DNA of 49,989 bases, counting the filler, from Jimgerdemannia flammicorona (Eukaryota), in assembly GCA_003990765.1 (NCBI GenBank). It is 2 parts of 2 records of this genome, joined end to end, with 100 filler letters (N's around TTAATTAATTAA, not from the genome) between each part and the next. Parts side by side here need not be neighbours in the genome. Positions count along the whole stretch, not along the records: positions 1 to 24,946 come from RBNJ01000902.1; 1 more part is not named here. One strand, written 5' to 3'. Under the pieces are notes generated by a model, which had not been told where the DNA came from, did no database searches, and saw nothing but the letters and a program-made list of their open reading frames with translations. Each line of letters begins with the position of its first letter. The stretch's first letter is position 1. This document shows positions 1-12,042 of this stretch, in pieces. The position numbers and the translations under genes are program-made.

Positions 1-11
1 AAAAAAAAAAA

Positions 12-406
12 GGAAGCTCGCCAAAGCCAGAGGGCCCCACCACAGGCACCGAGGACCTGCAGGTAACCTACACTGAGCACTTGATGCCCAAGGTCAGCCG
101 ACTCCCTACGTAGCCCGAGATACACCGAGACAACTCCTTGTTGGCGACGGCAAAAGGAAGAAGGTGCCGCACCAAAACAGGTACACCCCAGATGCAGCTG
201 AAGGTACCAGAATCCGCGAAAAAGTGGAGGAATCACCAATCTGAAACCGATAAAGGGGCAACTCATCACCATTGCCCTCCTCTCACCATGCCCCTACAGG
301 CACAGCAAACCAACCCGAGGTAGAGGGGGTAATATTAGGGGAAAGGGGACTCAGAAGGTCGCCTATTAAACCTTGTGACTGGTAAGATAGTGGAGAAAGG
401 AGCTGT
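12..406 (-). repeat. Inverted copy of LINE ORF2 3' segment (reverse complement of 940-1334)
   Basis: 12-406 aligns as the reverse complement of 940-1334 (395 bp each), with differences mostly transitions. It is preceded by an A-run at 1-11. Confidence 0.9.
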
Positions 407-2131
407 CTCTGGACATCTGGTTCTCAGTTTATGGGACAGTGCTGCCAAAAGAGTGGTGGTGTGGAATGATACAGAAGTGGGAGAATTCCTTGGTAGGCTG
501 GTCTGGGAGGGGCTTCTCCTTGGTTGGGAGGATTGTAGTTTTGAATGTATGTTGGTTACCGAAGCTGTGGTACTTGGGGTACCACCTGGACTTTCTAGGA
601 TAGGTGGTTCAAAAGCTGAAGAAGGTGGTCGAAGGATGGCTGTAATAGGGGAGGAGATCACAGATTAGCTGTGAAATTATGATAATGGCAAAGGTAGATG
701 GAGGTCTGGAGTTAGTGGACTTCAGAAGGCAGCTAAAGGTACTCCAAGGCTGGTGGGGTTGTCGAATGGCAGAATTAGGAGAGGAGGGCTGGAGCAAACT
801 GGCTATGGACAACTGGGATGTTTAGTTCTGCTCCCGGAGCGAGGTTCGGACGGACATGCAAGGTTTGCTCCAGGTTGGAAGGGTTAGCAAATTACGTTAT
901 AGGGGATTTTGGTGGGGTATTGTAGAAGCTTGGCTGGCAACAGCTCCTTTCTCTGCTACCTTACCGGTCACAAGGTTTGGTAGGCGACCTTCCGAGTCCC
1001 CTTTCCCCTAATATTACCCCCTCTATCTCGGGTTGGTTTGCTGTGCCTGCAGGGGCATGGTGGGAGGAGGGCAATGGTGATGAGTTGCCCCTTTATCGGT
1101 GTTGGATCGGTGCTTTCTCTACTTTTTCGCAGATTCTGGTGCCTTCAGCTACGTCTGGGGTGTACCCGTTTTGGTGCGGCGCCTTCTTCCTTTTGCCATC
1201 GCCAACAAGGAGTTGTCTCGGTGTGTCTCAGGCTACGTAGGGAGTCAGCCGACCTTGGGCGTCAAGTGCTCAGTGTAGGTTACCTGCAGGTCCTCGGTGC
1301 CTATGGTGGGGCCCTCTGGCTTTGGCGAGCTTCCCGGCGAGCGCGGTTCTGGCATAGGTGACTGCTTTTCAGGTGTTGTCGGGATGGGAGGGGAGATGGC
1401 CATCACAGATAGGCGGAAGGGCGATTACAGTGAACCAGTAGGGTGCTAGGCTGGGGGCGGTCGTCGGGGCTGGGGTAGGTGCTGCTTCGGTGGGGCCTTT
1501 TGATTGGTGCGGTGCGGTTAGGTGGTAGGTGTCACTCTCGGCTTCTTTTGACGGGTAGCGGGGTGAGGCCCCAGTCGTCAGGGGGGGTTGGGGGGCCCGA
1601 GACTACCCATTTCAGGCATCTTGGCTGCACTCAACTGGAACCGGGAGCTGACATGGCAATGTGATTGAGGCCTGCAGGCTTGAGTAGTGGGGTATTGGGG
1701 GTTTCCTCCCACCTCACGTGTAAGTCCTTTACTCACCTCGACTGGGAGAACCAGGCCCTACCCACCGTGTTGTACTTTGATGAGGGTTTTTCTTTGCCTG
1801 TCATTCTCTTTGGGATGGCAGGGGCTATTCTATTTGGCTCGGACGTGGCCTTGTACATACGTTGGGTTCGCAGGCGTATGCTTTCGGTCGTTGGCGTATG
1901 GTTGGGTTTCCCCTGGCAGTAGGGAGAGCATGGTGTGCAGAATGAGGTGCGGGCTTATCAGCCCTGCTGTACCTGGTATGGTCGAGCTGCTAGACAATAG
2001 CTAGCCTAGGTTAATGGGGGGGCAGTGCTTGGTGGGTGGTGGGGGAGGGTTTTGGCCTATATAGTCTAGGTTCTCTTCCAATAAAAATCCGCGGGACATG
2101 AGTCTGTTAAAAAAAAAAAAAAAAAAAAAAA
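407..2131 (+). mobile_element. 5'-truncated L1/Tx1-like LINE, ORF2 C-terminal part with poly(A) tail
   Basis: Translation gives the post-RT LINE motifs SLVGRIVVLNVCWLPKLWYLG...GGLELVDF and a degenerate C-terminal ET-x2-H-x-C knuckle. AATAAA at 2080 and A23 tail at 2109-2131. Related to 34550-34900. Confidence 0.8.
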
Positions 2132-4200
2132 TATATATATATAAAGTAAGGACAGCTAAGAAGATTTATCAGATCTTCAGATATGTATCATGGTTGATCC
2201 CCAACTTGGAGTATATTATAGTCTCAGACTTCAGAGATCTATCAGTCCACCATATCAATGTACTAGAAGCTAGGGTGGCTACAGAAGCCCAGTACACTAT
2301 CACTCTCAATAGTGATGAGGTAGAAGACTTCTAGCATCCCATCTTCCAGAACAACCCAGACCAATTTCTGTAAGAATTAATCTCAGTATTCCAAGGCCCA
2401 AGCATTCAGGTTAGACCTCTCCAAGATCCCACATTTGTTCCCTATTTTGTGAAAGAGAATCTCATAGATTAGAGAGCTCCTGATTTCCCCACTAAATGTG
2501 ATAATGTCATTGGTGATGATATCATCCCATATGATATATATGAAATATACAACCTACATAATGATAATGAGATGGACAAAACATTTGCAGACCTCATCTC
2601 CTTTGAAGACATCCTGACCTTGGACAAGGATGAAGTCCCTATAGTTCTGAACATTCTGCTCTAAAGTCTCTTAGTTACACTGAATAATGTCAGCACTCTT
2701 TTTCTGTATAACAGCTGTTCTTCTACTAACATTCTGATGTGATACTGAATTATTCTAGTACTATTTTTCTGTATTACTGAAATTATACCAGCATCCTAAA
2801 CCTATGCAACCATTAGTGCCAACACTGAAACTTAGCAGTTTTTCATGTTCTGGTATTTTATTTTAGTTATTGGAATTTATATTTAGCTTTATATCTTAGT
2901 AATTATTGAATTATATTTTATATAAATACTCCTCTTATTTCTTCTGAAATAAAGTCAGTCTTCTTAGTATAATACACAAAATTCCTTACAAGCAATCTAA
3001 AGAGATAACAAGATAGTTTAAAGATAAGAAGTTTGAGAACTATAAGACCTTGGGAAGGCACTCTAATAAGAACTTGCTTATAACAAACTTGAGTTAGTCT
3101 AAGAGATACACCTTGAAGAGAATCTGATGTATTTGAAGAACTTAGTAATTACTATATAACACTACTGAAAATAAAGAAGAGAAGAAATATAATTATTATA
3201 TTTATTAATTGTTTCAGTAAGTAGGCTCATTTTGTTAATAACCACTACTACAATAGCTTCAGAAATAGTATAATTATTTATTGATAATATATTCTATCTC
3301 TATAGATTACTATTAGTAATTATCTCTGATAGAGATGTGAAATTTATAAGTAACTTTTAGTAAGTACTCTTCAAAGGACTAAGAGTATAACTCAAAATAT
3401 CTACTATCTATTATCTATAGATAGATAGCTAAATAGAATGAATAAATCAAACTCTAAAGCAGATGCTTAGTATCTACTATAACTATAAGTAAAAATTGAG
3501 ATAAAAAACTAATCTTAGCCAAATTTGCATATAATAACAATATAAGTATAAGTATAAAAATAATCCCATTCTATCTGAACTATAGATAATATCTTCAAAC
3601 CTCTATAAGTATTATACATATGAGTAATAGTATCAGTAATATAAGAAATTACTAATACTATATAAGATATTATTAAGTAAGTATACAATATTCTCATAAA
3701 AGTATAAAGAATATAAGTAGTATATACTAATAAAAATAGAAAAGAAGTTACTTATGAAAAAGATGAACAGGTATTACTCACTATACAATACTTAACTCTA
3801 GATAATATAAGACTAAAAAAGAAACTTGGACCTTATTATATTAGACTATATATTTAAGATCTTAGAGAAATATAGTCTTATTATATATAAGTTGAACCTT
3901 TCAATAACTCTAGCTATATATCAAAAATACTTTTAAAGAAAAAATAGTATTACTCTAAGATCTAATTATTATCAATTAAGAACTAGAATATAAAGTCAAT
4001 TATATTCTAAATTATAAGAACTACTAATTTGGATAAGCTACTAAGTTCATCTAGTACTATTTTATAAAATGAAAAGAATACTCTAAGTATGATACTATCT
4101 GGGAAAAAGAAGATAACTTTTTGTCAAATATAGAAGAAAATATAGATATTTAGTATAATAGAAATTCTGATAAATTTCTAAAAAAAAAACAATCATATCT
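2132..4200 (+). mobile_element. Heavily mutated Ty3/gypsy pol remnant (integrase core, possible chromodomain)
   Basis: Recognisable relics FSK*AHFV (~3210), IISDRDVKFISNF* (~3320) and a decayed STAYHPQTDGQTERMNQTLEQML (3400-3470). Many TAA/TAG stops. Boundaries are approximate. Confidence 0.7.
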
Positions 4201-7151
4201 CTAAATACTTCTGATGAAGAGAAGTAAAAATAATCTGAATAATTCTATATAGATAACTTACTACAATATAAATATCTAGCAAAGATACTAAGAACAAACT
4301 AAGAATAAGATCACTATTGTTATCTTTATGACTATTGAATATCAATGAAATTTTACCAAACTACTTCTATTAATATATGAATCTCTAGAGACTCAGATCC
4401 AAATGAAGCTCAATAATATCTTAGAAGAATTCAACATTTCTAGATCTTTCACTATTAATAAGAATTAAAAAAGTACTATGAAATTAGATATCTTATCTAT
4501 CAATAGTTACTCTCAGTAGTGCTAAGTAATGAGTCTATCTTTTTTATTAACAATTATATCTATATTATTATCAAAAGACTTTATATCCTTTTTTATACCT
4601 GACTCTAAGTTCTCAACTACCTCTATAGATATCTTCTAAGAATATTGCTAATTTGAGTAATAAATAATAAAATAATATTATCTTTTAAATAGTTTAATAT
4701 ACTACTCTTCAGTTTGATGAGTATTTAGAATTTAGTACTAAATTCAATAAGTAGATTCAGATGAAGAAAAGAAGAATATAACAAATGGTTATATATTTAT
4801 AAGTTATCAGAATTTCTAACTAGCAGTTATAGATATTGAATATAATATAATTATATAGATATATATATCTTATATATTATATTTAGTTATAGCTTAAATC
4901 TATATAAATACTCTCTATAATGAAAATGTTTTAACCTCAGTTTTGCTTTCTTCAATTATAAGAATAAAGTAGTATTCTTATTATAGAACTCTCAGATTTA
5001 ACTTATTAATAATTTTGAGCCTAATTAACTTAAGATATAAGTATAGTATTTTTTACAAAAACTCAAAAGTGATACTTAGACTATACTGCTGCAATAGATC
5101 ATTAGAACTTAGTACTTCTTTATAAGAACTCATAACTTAGGACTAATAGTTATTTTGATTAACTATAATATATTAATTTTATTAATATATAGTTTTATTA
5201 TATTTTATTTCTTTATATATTATTTTTATTAGTAGTAGCTAGATTTTTATATAACCTTTTCTATATCTTTACTATAGTTTTCTATTATTTTTCTATAATT
5301 TTAATAATATTTAAAACTTATAACTAGAATTATTATTTACTATTTTTTTTTTTTTTTTTTTTTTTTTTTATCTAAATTTTAAAAAAATAAATTAATTATC
5401 AATTATATATAATATAATATTAATAAAAAAAACTTTTTACAATAATATATTAATATTTTATTTAAGTATTTCTATTTTTATATTTTTATTTTTTATATTT
5501 CTATAGTATAACTATTATATAGTAATAATTAACTACTACTATGTATATTATATTAGTTTATAATAATATATATATATTTTTTAAAAAAAAACTTCTAAAA
5601 TTTATATAATAGATTTTTTAATTTTTAATTTTAATTTTAATTTTTATAATTAATAGATAAAAATATTTAAAATCCTATAAAAAAATCTTTAATAAAATTA
5701 AAAAAACATATATATATAATAAAAAAATTTATAAACAAATTTATTTATAAAATATTACAGTATAAGAGTTAAAATAACTTTTATATATTTATTGTAATAT
5801 ATAATAAAAAATAGAAAATAGATATATATATATTTGACTATAAATCTTAAGTCTAATTTTCTAATTTAGTATAGTATTTCTATAGTTTAGAAATTATTTT
5901 ACTGTAGAATATATCTAAAATATTTATTATGATAAATAGAAGAAGTAATTTATTCAAAAAAGCCTAAGTTATATATTTTATATATTACTAATAAATAATA
6001 TAAAACTAATAGAATAGTATGTGATATAAAGTCACATACCTACATATTGAGTTACTATCTCAATACTCTCACTTAAAGAGATATATATATATCAAAACCC
6101 CCCTCTAAAAAATATCAACTATATCTAAAAAGAAAGAATGCAAACTAGAATAAAAAAGTAATACAATATATATAAAAAACTAGAACTATATATAATCCAG
6201 AATTATAACTATATAGGAATTTTTGTAGATTATAAAGTATTCTGAAATATCCAAAATATCTGCTTATAAATGAGAGATATATTTCAGATGACTATTTATT
6301 GAGATCACTAGTTAGTATCATAGAAGTCAGATAACTATATACTACTCTTACTTAATCTAATATTTTGATATTATTGGCAGATATATATATGAATGTTATT
6401 CTTAGTTAACATAGTTATCATTATTATCATCATGCTTTTAGAATATATATTATTGTTAGTAATATCTGTACTGCTGAGATTATTGGTAGTACCTATGCTA
6501 TTATATTTATACTTTTACTAACTGATTATTTATGTGAATGTTACTGGCCTTATTGGCCTTCTCTGTACTTTTGACCTTATTAGTACTTCTTATCTTATCA
6601 GTAGTATCTTATTACTGACTATATTACTGATCTTATCAGTTTTATTAATCTCATTGGTCTTCTTTGTAGCCTTATTATCTATACTGACTTCATTTGTTAT
6701 ATTGAACTCATTTAGACTTGTTGGTCTCTTTCTGATCTCATTAGTCTTATTGGCCTTTTCTATAGTCTCATCTATATTTTAGACCTTTTAGCAGCATTAC
6801 TTGTCTTGTTTATAATTACCTTGTCTGGGTTTGTTGATCTCTTCCTGATTTTGTCAGTTTTATTGACCTTTTCTATAGCCTCATTAGCTGTATCTCATTG
6901 CTGGCTATGTTACTGACCTTGTTGTAATTACCTTAACCACTTGAGAGAGCTTTATAATTGTCTTAATACCAGAGAGAATTTCACCTACTATCTAGAAAGA
7001 CTTGTAATTACCTTGAATACCTGAGTAGATACCTTTATTATAATTACTTTCTGTCATTAGAAAGGACTTTGTTATTGCTATTAGTGAGCTTTTCTTATAA
7101 TAGGGCTTCATTTTCTATTACTAGGAGACTATTATAGAGATACTCATCTTG
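4200..7151. repeat. Extremely AT-rich, TpA-rich decayed repeat DNA
   Basis: Almost no CpG, T-runs and TA runs, short degenerate repeats (TTGTAATTACCTT-like, 6800-7050). 5930-6065 recurs at ~13613-13760. No family assignable. Confidence 0.55.
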
Positions 7152-7156
7152 ATACT

Positions 7157-8649
7157 TATAAAAGGGTTGCTTTTTAGGGTAATTGTTATGTAGTTCTAGA
7201 AGGGTTTTCTAGAGGTTCTGGATATTCTGGAAGACTGTTTTCTTATGGTCAAGATCAATTTCATATGGAGTATGTCCTCTATGCTTATTGATTTCAAGAT
7301 TAGATTGATGTCTCAATCAAAGTCCTTTTTTAGACTAGTTCTGGATGTTCAGGATTTTCCATATTTCAGAAAGTTCAAGAAACTAAGACCAGCTTAGTTG
7401 AATTGGCATATCGCTGCAGACAATACCCAATTAGGAAATTTCGTAATGGGGTTAGGAGTGGGACCTAATGGGGAGTGGATTTACTTAAAAATAGTTTGTA
7501 GATTATTAAATAGGTTTATTTGCTATTCATAATATTGCTATACTAGGAGTAGTTGTGTAAAGGGATATTGTGGGAAGTGCTCAGAAGTTGTGTTCAAATT
7601 GTTCAGGTCTGAGATTCTGAGGTCTGGGGGAGGGGATATTTATACTAGTGAGGGGCTATCTGAACTATACTAGATATGGATGTAGCACTTAGTGCTTTGC
7701 TGAGTCAGAATGTAGTTACATAGTACAAGTGTGATCTGATATATCAAGAGATCGTCTGACTGCTGAGTCAGTTCACAGTCATGTTGTATAAGGCTAATCT
7801 AACTATACTATGACTGCTAAGCTATTTATAGGTTTAGGTGTTATCTGGTTAGTCTTTGATGACATCACTATTGATGACATCATCACTGGCAAAGTCTGAG
7901 CAGTTTTCTGACTTCTGACATCATCAGTTTCAAGGTATCATCATTTTTATCTCTTGCAAGATTAAGGCTGTCCTTGGTGGTGGTGGTTGTATAAGAATAA
8001 CAGGTCTTGGTTCTCTTTTTTTTTTGATCTGCTGGTACCTTTGCAAGGACTGGCTATTCTTGTCTAGAGTAAGGGCTCTCAATGTTGTAGCTAGGGGTTT
8101 GAATCTCTCGAAAATAATATTTTCTATAATCTGAGGCAATTTCTAGTAGTAATATCTGTCACATGGATGGCTTGAGATTGGTTTCGATAATGTTGGCTTT
8201 TTTGAGTTCAGATGAAGCATCCATCACTCTCTGATGGAGGTGACACAGATAGAGTGAACAGAGTTGTTCAAATGTGTTTTGCTTCTGCTAAGTAATGAGG
8301 TCTTGTATAGTCATAGTGTATCTTGGTCTTGAGTTGATAAGTGCAGTTCATGAACCTTTTGGTAGATGAGATAGAGTTCTTCTTATCTCAATTTGAGTTT
8401 GGTACCTTCGGTTTCCTTTTGTAATAGTACAGTATACCAAACTAGTTATAGCAGTTCAGAGTCTGTCTTATGGTTGTAGTACTTCTTCTAGTATTCTTAT
8501 ATCTTGGCAGTGGGTTCTCGTGCTTGCTGGCATATTTTGTGTAACCATATAATCTCTTCAGTAACTTGTTTTGTAGTCTCACATATGGTTTCCAAATTAG
8601 TTCTGAGGATATCATACAATTTTGGTAGCTTAGAGGTTGTGCACTTACA
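7157..8649 (-). repeat. Element A 3' LTR
   Basis: Begins TGTAAG after the PPT and ends in a mutated CTTACA. Direct repeat of 12043-13535. TATA-like CTATAAATA at ~7823-7831 (minus). Confidence 0.92.
7883..8314 (-). pseudogene. Decayed ~143-aa ORF in U3 of element A (second copy ~12769-13200), unknown product
   Basis: MTIQDLIT*QKQNTFEQLCSLYLCHLHQRVMDASSELKK...KLMMSEVRKLLRLCQ* in a single frame. The three internal stops are all transition-type, and one is TGG in the other LTR copy. Confidence 0.5.
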
Positions 8650-9609
8650 ACTCTCTCCTTCTTAGCTTTTGACATCCTCGTCAGGGCCTTCTAATTTTTT
8701 CTGGTGTTGTTGTACCATTTGGATGATTCTTGTGGCTATATTTGTTGAGGATTTGTTCAACTTTGTATTCTTCTTGGTCATTAATAATGACAGGTGTAGG
8801 TGGTTCTGTGGTTCAGTTTGGAAATGTGTCTTGGAATTTCTAGAGTAGTGGTCTGATATAGCTGTCAACTTTGGAAAAGTCTTCTTCAAAGTTCTCAGGT
8901 TCTCCTTTGGATGGGCAGATGGAGATGGCGAAGAGAGGGCATTTCTTGGCTAATTTCTTGAGTTATAGCTTGTTGATGTAAGTGATCTTTGGTCCAGGGT
9001 CACTAGAATTAAGTGGGTCCTTTTCGCCTTGCAGTTTGAAGTTGTAGTGTCCTTTCTTGATGGTCAGAGAATGGTTTACCCAATTGATCATGGGGTTCTC
9101 TTGTTTTAACCATAGAGTCCCAAGGATGATTTCATTGTCAGAAAGTGGTATGATTTGGAGGGTAACATGTACTCAGTAGTTGCCAATTCAGAAGGGTAGA
9201 TTGTGGACTTCTTTGCTAATAATATGTGAGGTTCCATCAGCTGTAGCAACTGCTTGAGTTTGTTGTACTGGAGAGGTGAAGACCTTGAGTCTGTTGGCTG
9301 TCTCTTCATTGATGAAGTTGCCTGAGGCACTACTGTCTATTATAATCTTGACAGGTACTCAGTTGACAAAAGCTTTAAGTGTAAGCAGTTTGTCTGATCC
9401 AATGGTGGTGATTTCAGTTGTAGGAGCTTTCCTTCTGTTGGTTCTTCTTTGAGCCAGTTCATTGATACAAGAGAAGCAATCATCAATTATTCAGAAAAAG
9501 TACATTCCAATACCATGTGGGCATTGGCCACTTGGTACATATCTGTCTTTGATCTTCTTGTAGAATTGTTCTTCTTTACTCATGGTAGGTTGGACTGGGG
9601 CCTTGTTTG

Positions 9610-10020
9610 ATGAGCCAAATCCTTTGGATCCTCAGATGATAGGTAGTAGTTCAGAGACTTCCTTGACTGTCAGGGTTGACTCAATTTTTTTGAATAGGAT
9701 CTGGGCAATGTAGAAACCTATGGGAATCTTGAAGGGTGTCCAACTATGGTTTCAGATGAGGACAATAATTTCGCCTGTGTAATCTTTGTCAATGACTCCT
9801 CCTTCTACTGAGAGTCCTTTTAATGCTAGACTACTGCAACAGCATATTCTTCTAACATATCCTTCAGGGATTTGGATACTGATTCCTGTATAGACTTATT
9901 TGACTTCTCAGTTGGAAACTGTAACTTCTTCGGCTGCATACAAATCATATCCAGCTGCCTTTTGACTTCCTTTGGTTGGGGTCTTGGCAGTTTGTCTTAA
10001 CTTGACAAAGTCCAGTGTTC
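9610..10020 (-). pseudogene. dUTPase domain of element A
   Basis: Minus strand reads LDFVKLRQTAKTPTKGSQKAAGYDLYAAEE...SSLALKGLSVEGGVIDKDYTGEIIVLI...KGFGSS, covering trimeric dUTPase motifs I-V. Confidence 0.88.
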
Positions 10021-12024
10021 TGGTGGTCAGGTTATTGAGGTGGTGCAGAGTGGTAACAGTTGCTTATATTACTGTTTGGGGTTTTCAGTTAGGGCAGGCA
10101 CTGGCCATATGTCCTGTCTTTCAGCAATAGAAGCATGCTCTACTTCTTCGAAGTTCATTTCTTTCGCCTTCAGTGAGTTTTTTGAAGGTACTTAGCTGGG
10201 TAGGTTCATGATTTCTGGGTGTCCATGAGGTGGATGTGGAGGGAGCTCGGGGTGCTTCATGCTTGGGTTCTTCTTTCTTGGTCTAAGTCTTTTTCTTGTT
10301 ATTGAATTGTCTTCAGGGCAGAATTGGTCCAGCTGTTAGGATTTGCTTGACCATAGTCTTGATTCTTGTCAGGCATCATTGTTGGTAATCACAACCAACT
10401 GGGTGGCCTTGTTCTTGGATTTTTCTAGTAAACCATTCAGGCAGTATATCGAATAAATGGTCTGCTCTTGTACCATTTTGTGCTTCATCATTGGCAATAT
10501 ATCCTAGGCCAACAGTGTTCAGGAGTGACTCGAGTTTTGTACAGAAGATTTTGAATTCTTCTTTGCTATATATATTGAATTTGAGATTGCAGAGTTTTAC
10601 TCAGGATTCAGCGATTATAATTTCACTGTGATATTGAGCAATCATGAGTTGTTTGAGTCCAGGGGCTACAGGATGGGCTCTATATCCTGGGCATTGTTTG
10701 CTACATTTTGAGCAACTACTGCAGGTCGGGTATCCCATGTAAGGAGTTTTTCAGGAAGGGTTCACCACCATTCTTCGGCAGGTCCTTAGAAGAATGTAAC
10801 AACTCAGCAGACATAGGCTGTAGTGGTAGCAAAGAGTTGTTCCAGAGTGTGGTCTTGATTGTTTGTCAGAATGCAATCAGCAACTCGCTCATTGGTCTAT
10901 TGATTGGCTTTGAAATTGGTGTCAACTATACTAATGAAGCTTTGGACCTCTTGTACAGTACCATTGAAGGTGGGTAGGCTCAGATTTTTGGTAGGTTGGA
11001 TCTGTTCAGCTAAGGCAGTAATGGTTGCTGCTATTATTACTACCTGAGCTGTAAGGTCTAGAATCTGTTGATTCACCATGTTGTTTACTGGAGGTGGTTG
11101 GACTACTGATAGTGGTGTTACTGATACTACTTGAGGTACTGGTGCAGAGTGTGATGGGGTTCTTTGGGTCTATATAAGTTGCTGAAGTAGTAGTTGTGGG
11201 TCTGGAGTGAGGGCTTGATAGATAACTGTTTATTGCTGTATAGGTGTATTCTGTCCTAATGGAGGTACTTCTCCTTCAGTGGTATATCTGGGATCAAATT
11301 TACTGAGATACTCCTCCTTCTCTTTGGTTTGGTCTCCATGTAGTTGGGTTTGCTCAGTGTCAAAGTAGACGGAATCAGTTATATATCTGATTTCAGATGG
11401 ACTTAATTCAAAGTCAAGTTCAGGTTCAGTGTTGGTTTCAGATTCAGATAGGGCTGTAGCAGGGCCTGCTTTAGGTTCAGGGTCAGGTAGTTGATGAAGG
11501 GTTTCTCTTGCTTCTTCTTTAAGAATATAGTGGGCCTTGCTGTTCTGGAATTGGTATTATAGTGCAGTCTTGGTCCTGGTATGGTAAAAGTTGGTAGAGT
11601 TGAGCCACTTGGCTACAGAGGCTTGGGCTTCATGAGGAACTAAGGCTAGAAAGACTACTGCTGGTTGTCCTAGGTCACTCAGATTTGTAGAGCTGACAAA
11701 ACTTTTATTGAGAAGAGTAAAGAAGGCTTCAATAAGACCTTCTTTATCTTGACTTGCTGGGTGTAGTACAAGGAGTTCAGTGAATAGGGTTTTGCCTATT
11801 TGCTGATTTAATTGGAGTACTTTATTCTTTGAGTGAAGTTTGTCTCACTTGTTGTAGATATGGAGGTCAAATTATCCTTGTACATCAGGTTCAATTCTCT
11901 TCAGATTGTCAGATAGTCCAGAATAAATTTCAGTTCAGAGGTTGGGCTTTATACCAACTTGTAGGAATTTGCAGAGGGGTTTTGTAGCTGAGTGAGGAAG
12001 CATCTTGAAGTGGAATTAGATTGT

Positions 12025-12039
12025 AAACTGCTGCTACCA
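12025..12039 (-). other. Primer binding site of element A (TGGTAGCAGCAGTTT, likely tRNA-iMet)
   Basis: Starts 3 nt after the 5' LTR end. TGGTAGC matches the 3' end of eukaryotic initiator tRNA-Met. tRNA identity is inferred. Confidence 0.65.
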
Positions 12040-12042
12040 AGT

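Noticed and set aside
6534..6782. Hydrophobic 82-aa ORF resembling a membrane protein or env
   Set aside because: Leu/Ile/Ser richness follows from T-rich decayed repeat sequence. There is no ATG start or other support.
7448..7460. GGGGTTAGG telomere-like word in the A/B LTRs
   Set aside because: Single imperfect unit, expected by chance.
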